A DNA stretch of 64,000 nt from Ignavibacteriota bacterium (GCA_963701295.1 OY969585.1:2048001-2112000); one strand, 5' to 3'. Positions 9,475 to 19,541 are shown, counted from the first letter of the stretch. Numbers and translations: made by a program. Notes: generated from the sequence alone by a model not told the origin.

Positions 9475-10767
9475 TCACTCCTTTGATATTGTGAATGGTT
9501 CGACGAATAATTTTAATCCGTTGATTTTAACAACTCGTATTCGACTACCTTTTTCAATTGTTCCTGACAGTGATTCAGCATTCCAGAGCTCTCCTTGCAC
9601 ACGAACGACACCTTCTGGTCTCAGCGTTTCGATAACATCTCCACTCTCTCCAGTGAGTCCTTCAGCGCCGGTTGTTGGTTTTCGGCGTTGAGCTTTAATC
9701 CCCAATCCGAGGATAACGACAAAAAAGAATGTGGTGAGAATGACCGATGCAAAGATGACTGACCAGGATATTTCTACAAACTCAAGAACACTTGAAGTGC
9801 GAATAAGCATAATTGATCCCAGAAAAGTTGAGACAGCCCCGCCGATTGCCAGCATGCCATGGCTGATGATTTTTATCTCTAAGAGGAAGAGAATAATGCC
9901 AAAAATGATGAGCGCAAGTCCGGCATAGTTGATTGGCAGAGTATGCATGGAATAGAACGCAAGCACCAGACTGATTACGCCAACGATGCCGGGAAAAATA
10001 GAACCAGGATTGTACAATTCGAGTATCAAACCGATAGTGCCGAGTTGAAAAAGAATGAGGGCGATATTAGGATTGCTTAAGACATCCAATAACTTTTCCG
10101 CCCATCCCATTTCCATTGGTTCAATCCGTGCACCTTTCGTATGTAATGTCACAGTTCTATCTACTGTTTCGACTTGTTTCCCGTCAATCTGAGAGAGCAG
10201 ATCATCGAGATTCTTCGCAATGAGATCGATAACGTTTGTGTCAAGAGCTTCCGTTTCAGTAATAGCTTGACTTCTACGGACTGCATCTTCTGCCCACTTC
10301 ATATTACGGTTTCGTTTTTCGGCGATCGTACGGATAAAAGCGGATGCATCATTAGTGACTTTATCGCTCATCACCGAATCCATTTTTCCTTCCATTTCTA
10401 CGGGATGCGCTGCTCCGATATTTGTTCCGGGTGCCATTGCCGCTATGTGTGCTGCCATAGTGATAAATACGCCGGCAGAACCCGCCTGAGCACCTCCGGG
10501 AGAAACATAGACAACGATAGGAATTTTCGATTCAAGGAATGAACTGACTATCACGCGGGTCGATTTGAGCAAGCCGCCGGGAGTATCCATCTGTATGATG
10601 AGGCATTCGGCATTCTTCTCGCGGGCATTTTCGATACCTCGTTCGATAAATGCCGCTGCTGCCGGATTGATAATACCGTCGATTTTTAGCACAACAACAT
10701 TCTGTGACAGTACAATGCCTGCACATATGATACTGAGAACAACAAGATGAAGAGTACGACGGAGCAT
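9475..10767 (-). CDS. nfeD: NfeD long form: ClpP-class membrane serine protease with OB-fold
   Basis: [24 protein letters not shown] block, GELWNA OB-fold; adjacent to the SPFH gene. Confidence 0.95.
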   Translation of the reverse strand: MLRRTLHLVVLSIICAGIVLSQNVVVLKIDGIINPAAAAFIERGIENAREKNAECLIIQMDTPGGLLKSTRVIVSSFLESKIPIVVYVSPGGAQAGSAGVFITMAAHIAAMAPGTNIGAAHPVEMEGKMDSVMSDKVTNDASAFIRTIAEKRNRNMKWAEDAVRRSQAITETEALDTNVIDLIAKNLDDLLSQIDGKQVETVDRTVTLHTKGARIEPMEMGWAEKLLDVLSNPNIALILFQLGTIGLILELYNPGSIFPGIVGVISLVLAFYSMHTLPINYAGLALIIFGIILFLLEIKIISHGMLAIGGAVSTFLGSIMLIRTSSVLEFVEISWSVIFASVILTTFFFVVILGLGIKAQRRKPTTGAEGLTGESGDVIETLRPEGVVRVQGELWNAESLSGTIEKGSRIRVVKINGLKLFVEPFTISKE

Positions 10768-11095
10768 AAAAGAATCCTTTATCCGAGACGAATGTTAGTT
10801 ATGCATATTGTATGAAGGTGAAGAATGGAGGTCTTTGTAAATCTCCAATTCGTTAGAAAGATAAAGAAAGAGCGGTCAAATAGCAAAAAGTGTGGACTAG
10901 TATGCCATTTACGAAGAAATTGATAGAATGTACTTATGAATCTGCGGTTGGAATAATTATCAAAGACTTCAGCTCCAAGCCGAGCTTGTCCGTCCAAAAC
11001 CACTTCGTGTTTTAATGGGTTACACTGATTTGGAGCAGAATATTCGAGGTTTGTTCTGAAACGCTATTCATCGGGGAGCGAGCGGCTATGTGGAC

Positions 11096-11762
11096 TTATG
11101 ATGATGACTGGGAATGTCGTGGATTTTTAAGTCCTGTGTCTAATTTATTTTGCACTTCGCGCTTGACACGTGATGCAAGAAGATTTAAATATTTATTGAG
11201 AAACTTGTCGACTGTCACGCAATCTCGCTTGCTGAGTTCTCGGAGGGACCAGGAAAGCGCTTTGACTATCATGTCATCTCGGTCTTTGACAAGCAGGCGG
11301 CAAATCTTGAGTGTTCGAGGACTATCACCTGTACCTCCACGAGCTTGATTGTTCAATGGTACAGGTACTGACCAAGGCGGCGCGTCTCCACCAACGATTC
11401 TGGGAATGTGCCCAGCGACATACTACACTGTCTGGTATCTTTCTTTCACGCCAAGCTGGACCTGCAACATATGATGCAAAGCAATCAACTTCCGCCCAAC
11501 TGTTCATGCCGCGTCCAAGAATTGCGATATCAGTTGACCTCAAATCCTTTTGCGCCCCTCTATGATACAGGATGATCTCGTAAGCCATGATTCGTTCCCA
11601 GAAACCAAGGGGAACAAGATGCTTGGCCAGTACTATGATAGCTTTACCTGGTCTGTTCTGTAATCGCTTAGACCACTCGCGTCGCAGAATGCGAAATGAA
11701 GTTGCATTTTTCGTCTCGATTACAGTAAGGGAACGATGTATTTCAAATGCAATCTTCTTCAT
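11096..11762 (-). pseudogene. DNA alkylation repair (AlkD-like HEAT) protein, frameshifted near 11363
   Basis: SWAEVD and WWRRAALVST in one frame; VPLNNQARGG...DMIVKALSWSLREL...SRVKREV in the next; one extra base. Confidence 0.8.
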
Positions 11763-11881
11763 ATTCTCATATGATGAATGTGCGGCTTAAGAGTACCGAT
11801 CCCAATAATTCGAAAACCGAGACGAATTGCTTGGCATTTTATATCTCCCGCTGTCTTTTAGCGGGATGCGAACGGCCAGAT

Positions 11882-12493
11882 TTATTTGGCGATAATAAAT
11901 ATTCCAACAATGATCATTACCAATCCGGCAACTTGATTCGTTCTTTTTTGCCATTTTCTGCTCATATTCATTTTCTTTGATAAACTTGCGATATAACAAT
12001 ATGTTCCTAATACACTAAACGATACTAACGCAATGAGCATCATCATTATGAGAATATCAAGAGACTTCACTTTATTAAAATCGATTATTGTAGGAAGCAC
12101 ACTTGCATAAAACAATATTGGTTTTGGATTACCTAACGTAACTAGTAAACCGCTCATAAACGTTTGAAATCTATTTTTGTTATTTTTTGCCTCAATATCT
12201 ATTCGAATCTGACCACTCTGATAGATTTTTATACCTAGATACATCAAGTATATTCCTCCTATAATCTTGATGAGTAAAAACATTCCTCCCCATATTTTTG
12301 CAATAGCGGCCAACCCAAATAAAGCCAAGAGAAGGAATATGATATCACCTGTCACCAAACCGCCAATAAGATAGAGCGATGCTTTAAATCCTTCAGAAAT
12401 TGCCTTAGCCATCGACGCCAATACTCCCGGACCGGGAGTTGCGGCAAGTATGATCATCCCAATTAAAAAAGCAACGAGTAAATTGATATTCAT
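11882..12493 (-). CDS. LysE/RhtB family translocator
   Basis: TPGPG, GGIYLMYLG, LGNPKPILFY. Confidence 0.92.
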   Translation of the reverse strand: MNINLLVAFLIGMIILAATPGPGVLASMAKAISEGFKASLYLIGGLVTGDIIFLLLALFGLAAIAKIWGGMFLLIKIIGGIYLMYLGIKIYQSGQIRIDIEAKNNKNRFQTFMSGLLVTLGNPKPILFYASVLPTIIDFNKVKSLDILIMMMLIALVSFSVLGTYCYIASLSKKMNMSRKWQKRTNQVAGLVMIIVGIFIIAK

Positions 12494-12699
12494 AATTTCC
12501 TAAAATCTTCCGTCTCCGATGGATTGAGAATAGTATTTCTTTTTTTTAAGTAGGATGCTATCGCCGCTATAACAAAGAGAACTCCCGTGATTATATTTCC
12601 ATAAAATATATAATGCCTATCATCATAATGTTGTATACCAACAAACAGAAAACAAATGGCGGCAAGTAAAAGAAGAACACTACGTTTGTTTTTATTCAT
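12490..12699 (-). CDS. Small two-TM hypothetical protein
   Basis: Two hydrophobic segments; AGGAA RBS; stop overlaps the lysE start. Confidence 0.55.
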   Translation of the reverse strand: MNKNKRSVLLLLAAICFLFVGIQHYDDRHYIFYGNIITGVLFVIAAIASYLKKRNTILNPSETEDFRKL

Positions 12700-12768
12700 A
12701 AAATCATTCCTTTTTCTATTTTAAAACATTATTCCTATTTGTACTGCACGAATCGAGTTTCATGTTAG

Positions 12769-13266
12769 TTACGTTACGCTTTCAGGACGGCCATGTCTGA
12801 AGAGTTTGATCACTCCGACAAGATGGATGAATCCTATACAAAGCGCTATCGTAGAAAAAACAAAAAAATGCATGAAGTGTTGCTGGGGATGTCTAAGGAT
12901 GAATATGAAATCAGGAAGAACCTTCAATCCTCGAAGAATGTATATTGTTGTGACAATAACCAACACATTCCTCATTAAAGGCAGGCGGCGAAACTTGCCC
13001 GCTCCAAATAAAGCATAGAAACCACCTAATGCAATCATGGCCCCGACGATTAGACATACCAAAGTATAATAAGCCGGATGTTCAGCCTGGAGTTTGACAG
13101 GTCCGCCAAAATAGGCTAGGAGTTCTTGGGATAAGAAAATTGCACTGACTTGATATATCGCAAATGCCAATGAGAATAGACCTCTAATTTGTAAATGTAT
13201 ATTGTCCTTTACACTCGACAACCTGCTATCTATTGAGGATTGGTTGAGTGAGCTTGGATGATCCAT
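12769..13266 (-). CDS. Hypothetical membrane protein (4 TM)
   Basis: Hydrophobic helices; YALFGAG...LP and IYILRG pattern; RBS AAGGA. Confidence 0.7.
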   Translation of the reverse strand: MDHPSSLNQSSIDSRLSSVKDNIHLQIRGLFSLAFAIYQVSAIFLSQELLAYFGGPVKLQAEHPAYYTLVCLIVGAMIALGGFYALFGAGKFRRLPLMRNVLVIVTTIYILRGLKVLPDFIFILRHPQQHFMHFFVFSTIALCIGFIHLVGVIKLFRHGRPESVT

Positions 13267-13326
13267 TTTATATCTGATCCTTTTTTAAGTATGAACTCTA
13301 TCTGACGGATGGTCGATCGGTGTGGA

Positions 13327-13980
13327 TTATAGGCAGCGTGCTGATTCTGCTAGCTCCGCCGGAAGAGCCCGAATGTTTCCCAGTACCTTGTGGGCTCCTA
13401 GAAATAGTCCTGATCGCGTTAGTCTATTAGGAATTATAATGCATTTTAGTCCGGCAGCCGTCGCTGATGCCAATCCTCTCTCAGAGTCTTCTACAGCGAC
13501 GCACTCTTCTTTTTTAAATCCCGTTCTTTGGACTGCAGCCAAGTATGGTTCAGGATCTGGTTTGAATTTACTGTACTCTTCGCATGTGAGAACAAAGGCG
13601 AAGTATTTCATCAATCCGGTGTTATGGTGTACCAAATCAAAGTGTGCTCGCTGCGAGCTAGTGACCACTCCCATTAAATACTTGCCGTACAAAACGTTTA
13701 AAACCTCCTCCACACCATCAATGACTTTTGCTTGACTGCTCAGCAATTTGAGATATTGCGCATCACGTTGGTTGCGTAGTTGAATCACATCCTCTGGAGA
13801 TATTCTTTTCGCCTCGGCGAGATGCCAAGCACCTCTCCCTTGAACCAAGAGCAGGTCAACGTACATCTCTTGACTCAGAGTGATTCCTACGGACGCCAGG
13901 ATTTGTTGCGTGGCAAGGAAATAAAGATGTTCTGTATCAACCAGGACACCATCATTGTCCCAAAGGATCGCTTTAATCAT
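13327..13980 (-). CDS. HAD family phosphatase (beta-PGM/CbbY-like)
   Basis: WDNDGVLVDTE, VTSS, KPDPEPY, VEDSERG. Confidence 0.93.
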   Translation of the reverse strand: MIKAILWDNDGVLVDTEHLYFLATQQILASVGITLSQEMYVDLLLVQGRGAWHLAEAKRISPEDVIQLRNQRDAQYLKLLSSQAKVIDGVEEVLNVLYGKYLMGVVTSSQRAHFDLVHHNTGLMKYFAFVLTCEEYSKFKPDPEPYLAAVQRTGFKKEECVAVEDSERGLASATAAGLKCIIIPNRLTRSGLFLGAHKVLGNIRALPAELAESARCL

Positions 13981-14120
13981 TATTCTTTGATAGTGCTCAA
14001 TTCAGTAATGCTTAATAAAGCCGTATGACGGATTGCCGTTCCGCTAAACAACAGTCAAACAACTAAGCTTGTCCTCATATGTTTTTGTTGGGGACTATGG
14101 CTACAAAACTTTTCAATGTA

Positions 14121-14582
14121 CTATATAGAGTGCTGCCAGCTCACAGTGATATGACCGACTCCAAGGAATATCGCTGACACCATCAACCATCCAGAACCAA
14201 GAAGGATGGATGCAAAAATAAAGTAGATGACGGGCGTGACCGCCATAGGCAAAGGTATCCCAAACATCGATCTTTAGAACAATCCCTCATTGCGACCTTG
14301 AACAAGGTATCGTATCCATCCTGCATAATACAAGACCAGTGCACCAATCATGATCGAAAGTACTCCTACATCCAAAATAGTTAAATAATTCAATCGATAA
14401 AAGAAGGGAATGGCAAATGATCCGATCTGACCAACTCGTTCGAAAACAGTCATGACTTTAACCAGTCTATTGTTGCGTTCAGGAATATTCGCCAGTCTGG
14501 AAATCGGCGGATACAACACTGCCAAGAGATTCGGCAAAAGAACCGCAAGTGATATAATCCCACCGAGAGGAATTGTATCCAT
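14121..14582 (-). pseudogene. Membrane protein interrupted by an in-frame TAA at 14274-14276
   Basis: The frame continues past the TAA as RSMFGIPLPMAVTPVIYFIFASILLGSGWLMVSAIFLGVGHITVSWQHSI to TAG at 14121-14123. Confidence 0.7.
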
Positions 14583-14721
14583 AATTCTGTTCAGCCTTTC
14601 ACAATCATATCGCTTACACGTGACGGATGGTTTACCCGCCAAGCTTCGTAGCGGGTCGCTCTACGAAATGCATTCTTCTAGATAAAACCGAGCTTGAGTT
14701 GCTCGTTAGCCCGTTGTGAGA

Positions 14722-15234
14722 TTAATCTGGAATGATTTCTTCTTTTAGAAATTCGATGATTTTGTTTTTATTCAGTACCTCTGCGTCAGATTTGTTAGCT
14801 TCGCTTCTTTGGATATTTAAAAGTACAGCGTGCAAGTATTCAAAATCTTCCCAGAGCGTATTGTCATTCTCTTCACGACGTTTACGTTTTATATGTTCTA
14901 TGCCAGATGACCAGTAACCTTGAACCCATCCATAGAAAGTATGCCAAACTATTTTTTTATTCAGGGTTTTCTTGCGAACAAGGTATCCGACAGTTTCAAA
15001 GAAATCAAAAATATCTTCCGCATCTAAATATTGTTTTTTCTTTAGAATTGAGGTGGCCGCTTTGATCCGTTTTCTCTTAAAATGTTCGCCGTTAAACTTG
15101 TCATCAAATTTAAGGACTAATTCTAGATTCAGAGAAAATCTTGAACGTCGAATCTGATAAATGAGTCCACAGATAGCTGCAATAACACCAAGAATTTGTG
15201 CAATGTTTAAGATCAATTTGAAGTCGACACACAT
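14722..15234 (-). CDS. Hypothetical protein, DUF4760-like (N-terminal TM plus helical domain)
   Basis: TM then YQIRR; DFFETVGYLV and WEDFEYL pattern; AT-rich. Confidence 0.6.
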   Translation of the reverse strand: MCVDFKLILNIAQILGVIAAICGLIYQIRRSRFSLNLELVLKFDDKFNGEHFKRKRIKAATSILKKKQYLDAEDIFDFFETVGYLVRKKTLNKKIVWHTFYGWVQGYWSSGIEHIKRKRREENDNTLWEDFEYLHAVLLNIQRSEANKSDAEVLNKNKIIEFLKEEIIPD

Positions 15235-15421
15235 TCTATTATTCTAGCAATTCCTCTACAAACATTTCTTGTTGAGTTATCTCTATTGTGTGCTTGAGGA
15301 TTAGCAATTTGTAATATACTATATATGACTTCTGCTGTCAACAATGCTCGAGAGTGTACAAAAACAAAAAAAGCCGAACCAACAATGATCCGGCTTCTCT
15401 ATTTTACATTCTGGCTTTATA

Positions 15422-16555
15422 TTACTTCTTTGCTTCTGCAGTTTTCAGTACTGCAAAAAATGCCGGCTTGGGCTGATAGTTACGGTCAAATAATAGAGGG
15501 TAGCTCGTGCGTCCTCTGACGGGCCAATTATTCAACCAGGATGTTTTGTCGTACACACCCCAAAAAGTAATGCGTCCGATTTTTCCGGGGTGTGCTAGCA
15601 GCATTGAGAATAGTTCAGCATAACGATCGGCGAGTTTTTTCTGAACCTTAACCGGCAAACCATCAACATAGGGATTCAGCTCTTTCTGTAAGTCTGCACC
15701 AACGTTAATGTCTGCACCCATATAGTTATCTCCTCTGGGTAGGATATCGATGTCTAATTCAGTCACCATTACCTTAACGCCGCATGCCGCAATTGAATCT
15801 ATGAATGCATCGAGGTTTTCTTTTGTTGGATAATCTATTCCCCAATGTCCCTGAATTCCAACGCCATCAATGCGGAGACCCTTGGACTGAAGTTTCCTTA
15901 CTAGACGTACGACTGCATCACGCTTGGCAGGTTTATCGAGAGAAAAATCATTGTAATATAATTCTGCATTAGGATCGGCTTCATGAGCATATTCAAACGC
16001 CTTGCTGATATAATCCTCGCCGATAGTTTCCATCCATTTGGTTTTTTGAAATCCGCCTTCATCGCTAAGCGCTTCGTTGACGACATCCCAGCCACGCACT
16101 TTGCCTTTGTATCTGCCGACAACAGAAAAAATGTGTTCTTTCATTCGGGTAAGCATCACATCGCGGGCTAAGAGTTTTTTGGAGCTGTCCACAAATGCCC
16201 ATTCAGGAATCTGGCTCTGCCAGACGAGTGTATGTCCGATAATAAACATTTTATTTTTCTGTCCGAACTCTATGAAACGATCCGCCGCTTCGAAGTCAAA
16301 TTTGTTCGGCTGAGGGTGGATGAGCGCCCATTTCATAACATTCTCAGCGGTAACGGAGTTGTAGTGTTTTACTACGATGGATGCAGCTTTAGGGTCGTTC
16401 CCGGAGACGGCATCGTCATTCAGAGCCGCACCGATCAAAAAATGTTTTTTAAAAGCATCTTTAAGTGCGGGCTGATCGGTTTCTGCGGCATAATATGCAG
16501 CACCGATAAATGCAACAACCATACAGAGTACAACGAAAAGTTGAATATTTTTCAT
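15422..16555 (-). CDS. Endo-1,4-beta-xylanase, GH10
   Basis: ENVMKW, GHTLVW, WDVVNEA (acid/base), YYNDF, GIQGH, VTELD (nucleophile); signal peptide. Confidence 0.96.
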   Translation of the reverse strand: MKNIQLFVVLCMVVAFIGAAYYAAETDQPALKDAFKKHFLIGAALNDDAVSGNDPKAASIVVKHYNSVTAENVMKWALIHPQPNKFDFEAADRFIEFGQKNKMFIIGHTLVWQSQIPEWAFVDSSKKLLARDVMLTRMKEHIFSVVGRYKGKVRGWDVVNEALSDEGGFQKTKWMETIGEDYISKAFEYAHEADPNAELYYNDFSLDKPAKRDAVVRLVRKLQSKGLRIDGVGIQGHWGIDYPTKENLDAFIDSIAACGVKVMVTELDIDILPRGDNYMGADINVGADLQKELNPYVDGLPVKVQKKLADRYAELFSMLLAHPGKIGRITFWGVYDKTSWLNNWPVRGRTSYPLLFDRNYQPKPAFFAVLKTAEAKK

Positions 16556-16590
16556 AATAAGCTCCTTCCATTATTTATTTTTTAAAATCT

Positions 16591-18732
16591 CTACGGCGAA
16601 GTATGAATCGGCTTCTTACTAAATTTCTGGAAATACTGGAGGCATGTATCCCGCCAAATTGCTGCGTCAGTTTTCTGCTTTTCTAATTTTGTTTTTACAT
16701 GCAAATAAATTTCAGGATCGATGGATGGTTCAAGAGACGACCATTTTCCTATCATCTCATGAACATAATCAGTTCCAGAGTAATATTTTTGACAAAGTAC
16801 ATCCCAAAGAGTATTGCCGGATTTCATTTTGTAATCCCATGCGACATGATGAAACCAGAGCAGATATTTTTCCGGGCATGTATTGACATCGTTAAATGTT
16901 TCCCGCAAAGACGAGAAATATTGACTTACGGCATCACTTCCTGTTGAACTGCGGTCGTAACCAAGTCCGACACTATCAGCGCGATGATAATAAATTGATG
17001 TCCAATCTTCTCTGCCTTGGTTATTGTCGGGCATCGGTCCATAATGAAAATCTACCTGCATAATGTGGTGTAATCCCAACGGAGTCATATAATTAATACA
17101 AGCTTCCCAAGAACCCATCATAATCGAGCTAACAGCCTTTACGGTGGAGGAGTCATTGCTCAAAGACATTTTAATCCAATCATCAGCAATTTGTTCTGCA
17201 TCGAGTGAGTAATTCCAGGCGAGTCGGCCGTAGGCGAACCAGTTAGCTTGAGCGAAGAAATGTCCGCACCAGTTCCGGTCGTTTCCTATATTTGTTACAC
17301 CTGTAATGCCGCTCATTTGATATTGCTCCAAAGATCCATCCACAATTGATGCAAGTGTCGAACCCTGTCCTCTTGCGTATGTATCGAACTGAAAATATTC
17401 TTTCCACATCGGAGCAAGATACACGAGATGAGTTGAATGGCCTAGATACTCTTGGGTTAACTGAAGTTCGAGCATCAAAGGGGTCTTAGGCATAGAACCG
17501 AACAGCGGCTGGACTGGTTCGCGGGGTTGAAAATCAATCGGGCCGTTCTTTGCTTGAACAAAAACATTTGAGAGGAACTGTCCATCAAGAGGAACAAATT
17601 CTTTATATGCACGTTTTGCACGATCAGGATCGACATCTGCATCATAGACAAATGCACGCCACATCACAATGCCATGGTACGGTTTAAGCGCTTCAGCCAG
17701 CATATTGGCACCGTCTGCATGCGTTCTCTTGTAATCCTGCGGACCGGGCATTCCTTCTGAATTTGCTTTAACAAGAAAACCGCCGAAATCTGGAATGAAT
17801 TTGTAAATCTCTCTCACTTTATTTTTCCACCAAAGTCTCACTTCGGGATTAAGCGGGTCGGAAGTTTCAAGATTCCCGATTCCGCATCTTCGGTTTTGCT
17901 CAAATGCAAATTGAGCCGAAACAGGCGATGAAAAATTCGCAGAAAGGAAAACACGAATTCCGTACGGGCGGAAGATGTCTGCTAACTTTGCAACTTTTTT
18001 GAGATATTCCGGTTTGAATATGTTCGGGTTTGCATTTACATTGTTTAAAACCGTACCGTTGATACCGATGGAAGCATTTGCTCGGGCATAATCATAATAG
18101 CGGTCATCGATTTTATCCGGCAGATCATCCCATTTCCAAAGAGATTTACCAGCGTAACCGCGTTCAATGGAACCATCGAGATTATCCCAGTGATCTAGAA
18201 GGCGGTACTGTATTTTTGGACGGGAGACGATATCAATGTTCTCAAGCTGTTGATGAGTTTGGATGAGACGTAATAAATGAAACGTACCGTAGAGAAGGCC
18301 GATGTCTTTTTGAGCCGCAATCGCAATACACATCTTGCCGTTTATTCTTGTCGATTTGATAAGGTAACCCTCTTGTCCTAATTTATTCAGTTGTTCTGTA
18401 ATCTGCATTTTTTTGATAGATGCAGAACTGAGAGGCGTGCCGATAAGAAGAGTGCCGGTCTTTATTGCCTGTTCAAAGGCAAGAGGTTTATCCAGTAATT
18501 GAGGAAGACTATTCTTCAATTCATCCTGTATAATGCGGCAAGTTTTTGAAGTGCCTGTGACAGCAACAGAGGAAATTATCTGATGGTATTTTCGTAACAA
18601 ACCTCTGTCATCAATTTTTTGATACTTGAGCCATAGTCGATAGCCGTCATCGGCAGATGCTGAACTGCTGAGAGCATACAGTGTAATGCAGACAAAAAGA
18701 AGGATACCCTTGCACACGGATACAAGCTTCAT
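16591..18732 (-). CDS. Alpha-glucuronidase, GH67
   Basis: DDGYRLWLKY, DHWDNLDGSIERGYAG, KANSEG, KNGPIDFQPREP, LWFHH. Confidence 0.96.
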   Translation of the reverse strand: MKLVSVCKGILLFVCITLYALSSSASADDGYRLWLKYQKIDDRGLLRKYHQIISSVAVTGTSKTCRIIQDELKNSLPQLLDKPLAFEQAIKTGTLLIGTPLSSASIKKMQITEQLNKLGQEGYLIKSTRINGKMCIAIAAQKDIGLLYGTFHLLRLIQTHQQLENIDIVSRPKIQYRLLDHWDNLDGSIERGYAGKSLWKWDDLPDKIDDRYYDYARANASIGINGTVLNNVNANPNIFKPEYLKKVAKLADIFRPYGIRVFLSANFSSPVSAQFAFEQNRRCGIGNLETSDPLNPEVRLWWKNKVREIYKFIPDFGGFLVKANSEGMPGPQDYKRTHADGANMLAEALKPYHGIVMWRAFVYDADVDPDRAKRAYKEFVPLDGQFLSNVFVQAKNGPIDFQPREPVQPLFGSMPKTPLMLELQLTQEYLGHSTHLVYLAPMWKEYFQFDTYARGQGSTLASIVDGSLEQYQMSGITGVTNIGNDRNWCGHFFAQANWFAYGRLAWNYSLDAEQIADDWIKMSLSNDSSTVKAVSSIMMGSWEACINYMTPLGLHHIMQVDFHYGPMPDNNQGREDWTSIYYHRADSVGLGYDRSSTGSDAVSQYFSSLRETFNDVNTCPEKYLLWFHHVAWDYKMKSGNTLWDVLCQKYYSGTDYVHEMIGKWSSLEPSIDPEIYLHVKTKLEKQKTDAAIWRDTCLQYFQKFSKKPIHTSP

Positions 18733-18839
18733 ATATGATCACTATAGGTGTAATAGCGTAATGAAATGGAATTTCATAGCTAAAAGAATATTTGGAGATA
18801 AAAGTACAATGGGAAGAGTTTTTGATGAAAATGAAATTG

Positions 18840-18926
18840 CGGAGAGAGTGGGATTCGAACCCACGGTACCCTTACGGATACACTACCTTTCCAGGGTAGC
18901 CAATTCAACCACTCTTGCATCTCTCC
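18840..18926 (-). tRNA. tRNA-Ser(GGA)
   Basis: GGAGAGA acceptor stem, CTACC-CT-GGA-AA-GGTAG anticodon arm, long variable arm, GGTTCGAATCC. Confidence 0.96.
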
Positions 18927-19090
18927 AAAAGTGCTACTTAGAAAATATGATAGGAAAAGATTGATGGAAAAGCAATGAGGAGTATAGGGACAATTCTTTA
19001 CAGATTTTATCTAAATTGGTTTTTTAAAAGCAGTTTGGAAAAATATGCCTGCTTAACGAAATTCTGTGTTTTTTTTTGTATAATAGAGTT

Positions 19091-19150
19091 TGGCGAAAGA
19101 GGAGGATTCTGCGCTAGTGGCGCATGAGCCTTCGGCTCAGAACCCTCAAT
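19091..19150 (-). repeat. Duplicated tRNA-Ser 3' end with a 30-nt double-hairpin insertion in the T-loop
   Basis: Minus strand GAGGGTTC[TGAGCCGAAGGCTCA TGCGCCACTAGCGCA]GAATCCTCCTCTTTCGCCA versus the tRNA's GAGGGTTCGAATCCCTCCCCTTCCG. Confidence 0.8.
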
Positions 19151-19416
19151 GATCATCTGTTATAGAATTAGGAATTTTCATATTCTCATTGAGCCATTTT
19201 CGAACAACACCAGATTTGAGGAATAACTCACGCTTCCTTGCCTTACCTAAGAGTCGGATAGAATTCAGAATGAATAAGGATCCAAGGAATCCCTTTTGAT
19301 GTGAATGGAGTTTTCCCCCAGTTGTGTGCCATAAGACGATCTTCAGGATTTTTTTCGGCTGAGTCAACATAGCGTTTGTGCAGTTTGAAACTCCATAGCA
19401 CATAGATCCAGAACAT
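19146..19416 (-). pseudogene. Small GIY-YIG nuclease, frameshifted near 19247
   Basis: MFWIYVLWS..KRYVDS..RLMAHN.GK..FT..GIPW.L..SE.Y, then ARKRELFLKSG..RKWL in the next frame. Confidence 0.85.
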
Positions 19417-19454
19417 AGTTTGTGCTAGATTGTATTGGTTTTGAGGAGGTGCTG

Positions 19455-19541
19455 CGGAAGGGGAGGGATTCGAACCCTCGATAGCCTTGCGGCTATTCCG
19501 GTTTTCGAGACCGGTCGATTCAACCACTCTCGCACCCTTCC
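19455..19541 (-). tRNA. tRNA-Ser(CGA)
   Basis: GGAAGGG acceptor stem, CCGGT-CT-CGA-AA-ACCGG anticodon arm, long variable arm, GGTTCGAATCC. Confidence 0.96.

Larger units (their letters stand above)
11770..14715 (-). repeat. Decayed attC-like intergenic sequences
   Basis: Minus-strand ATCCGTCA 37-46 nt before three successive starts (plus TGACGGAT at 13303, 14026, 14621); CTAAC boxes just after stops (12764, 14705); CAACTCAAGC and AGCTTAGTTG complementary halves. Confidence 0.45.
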
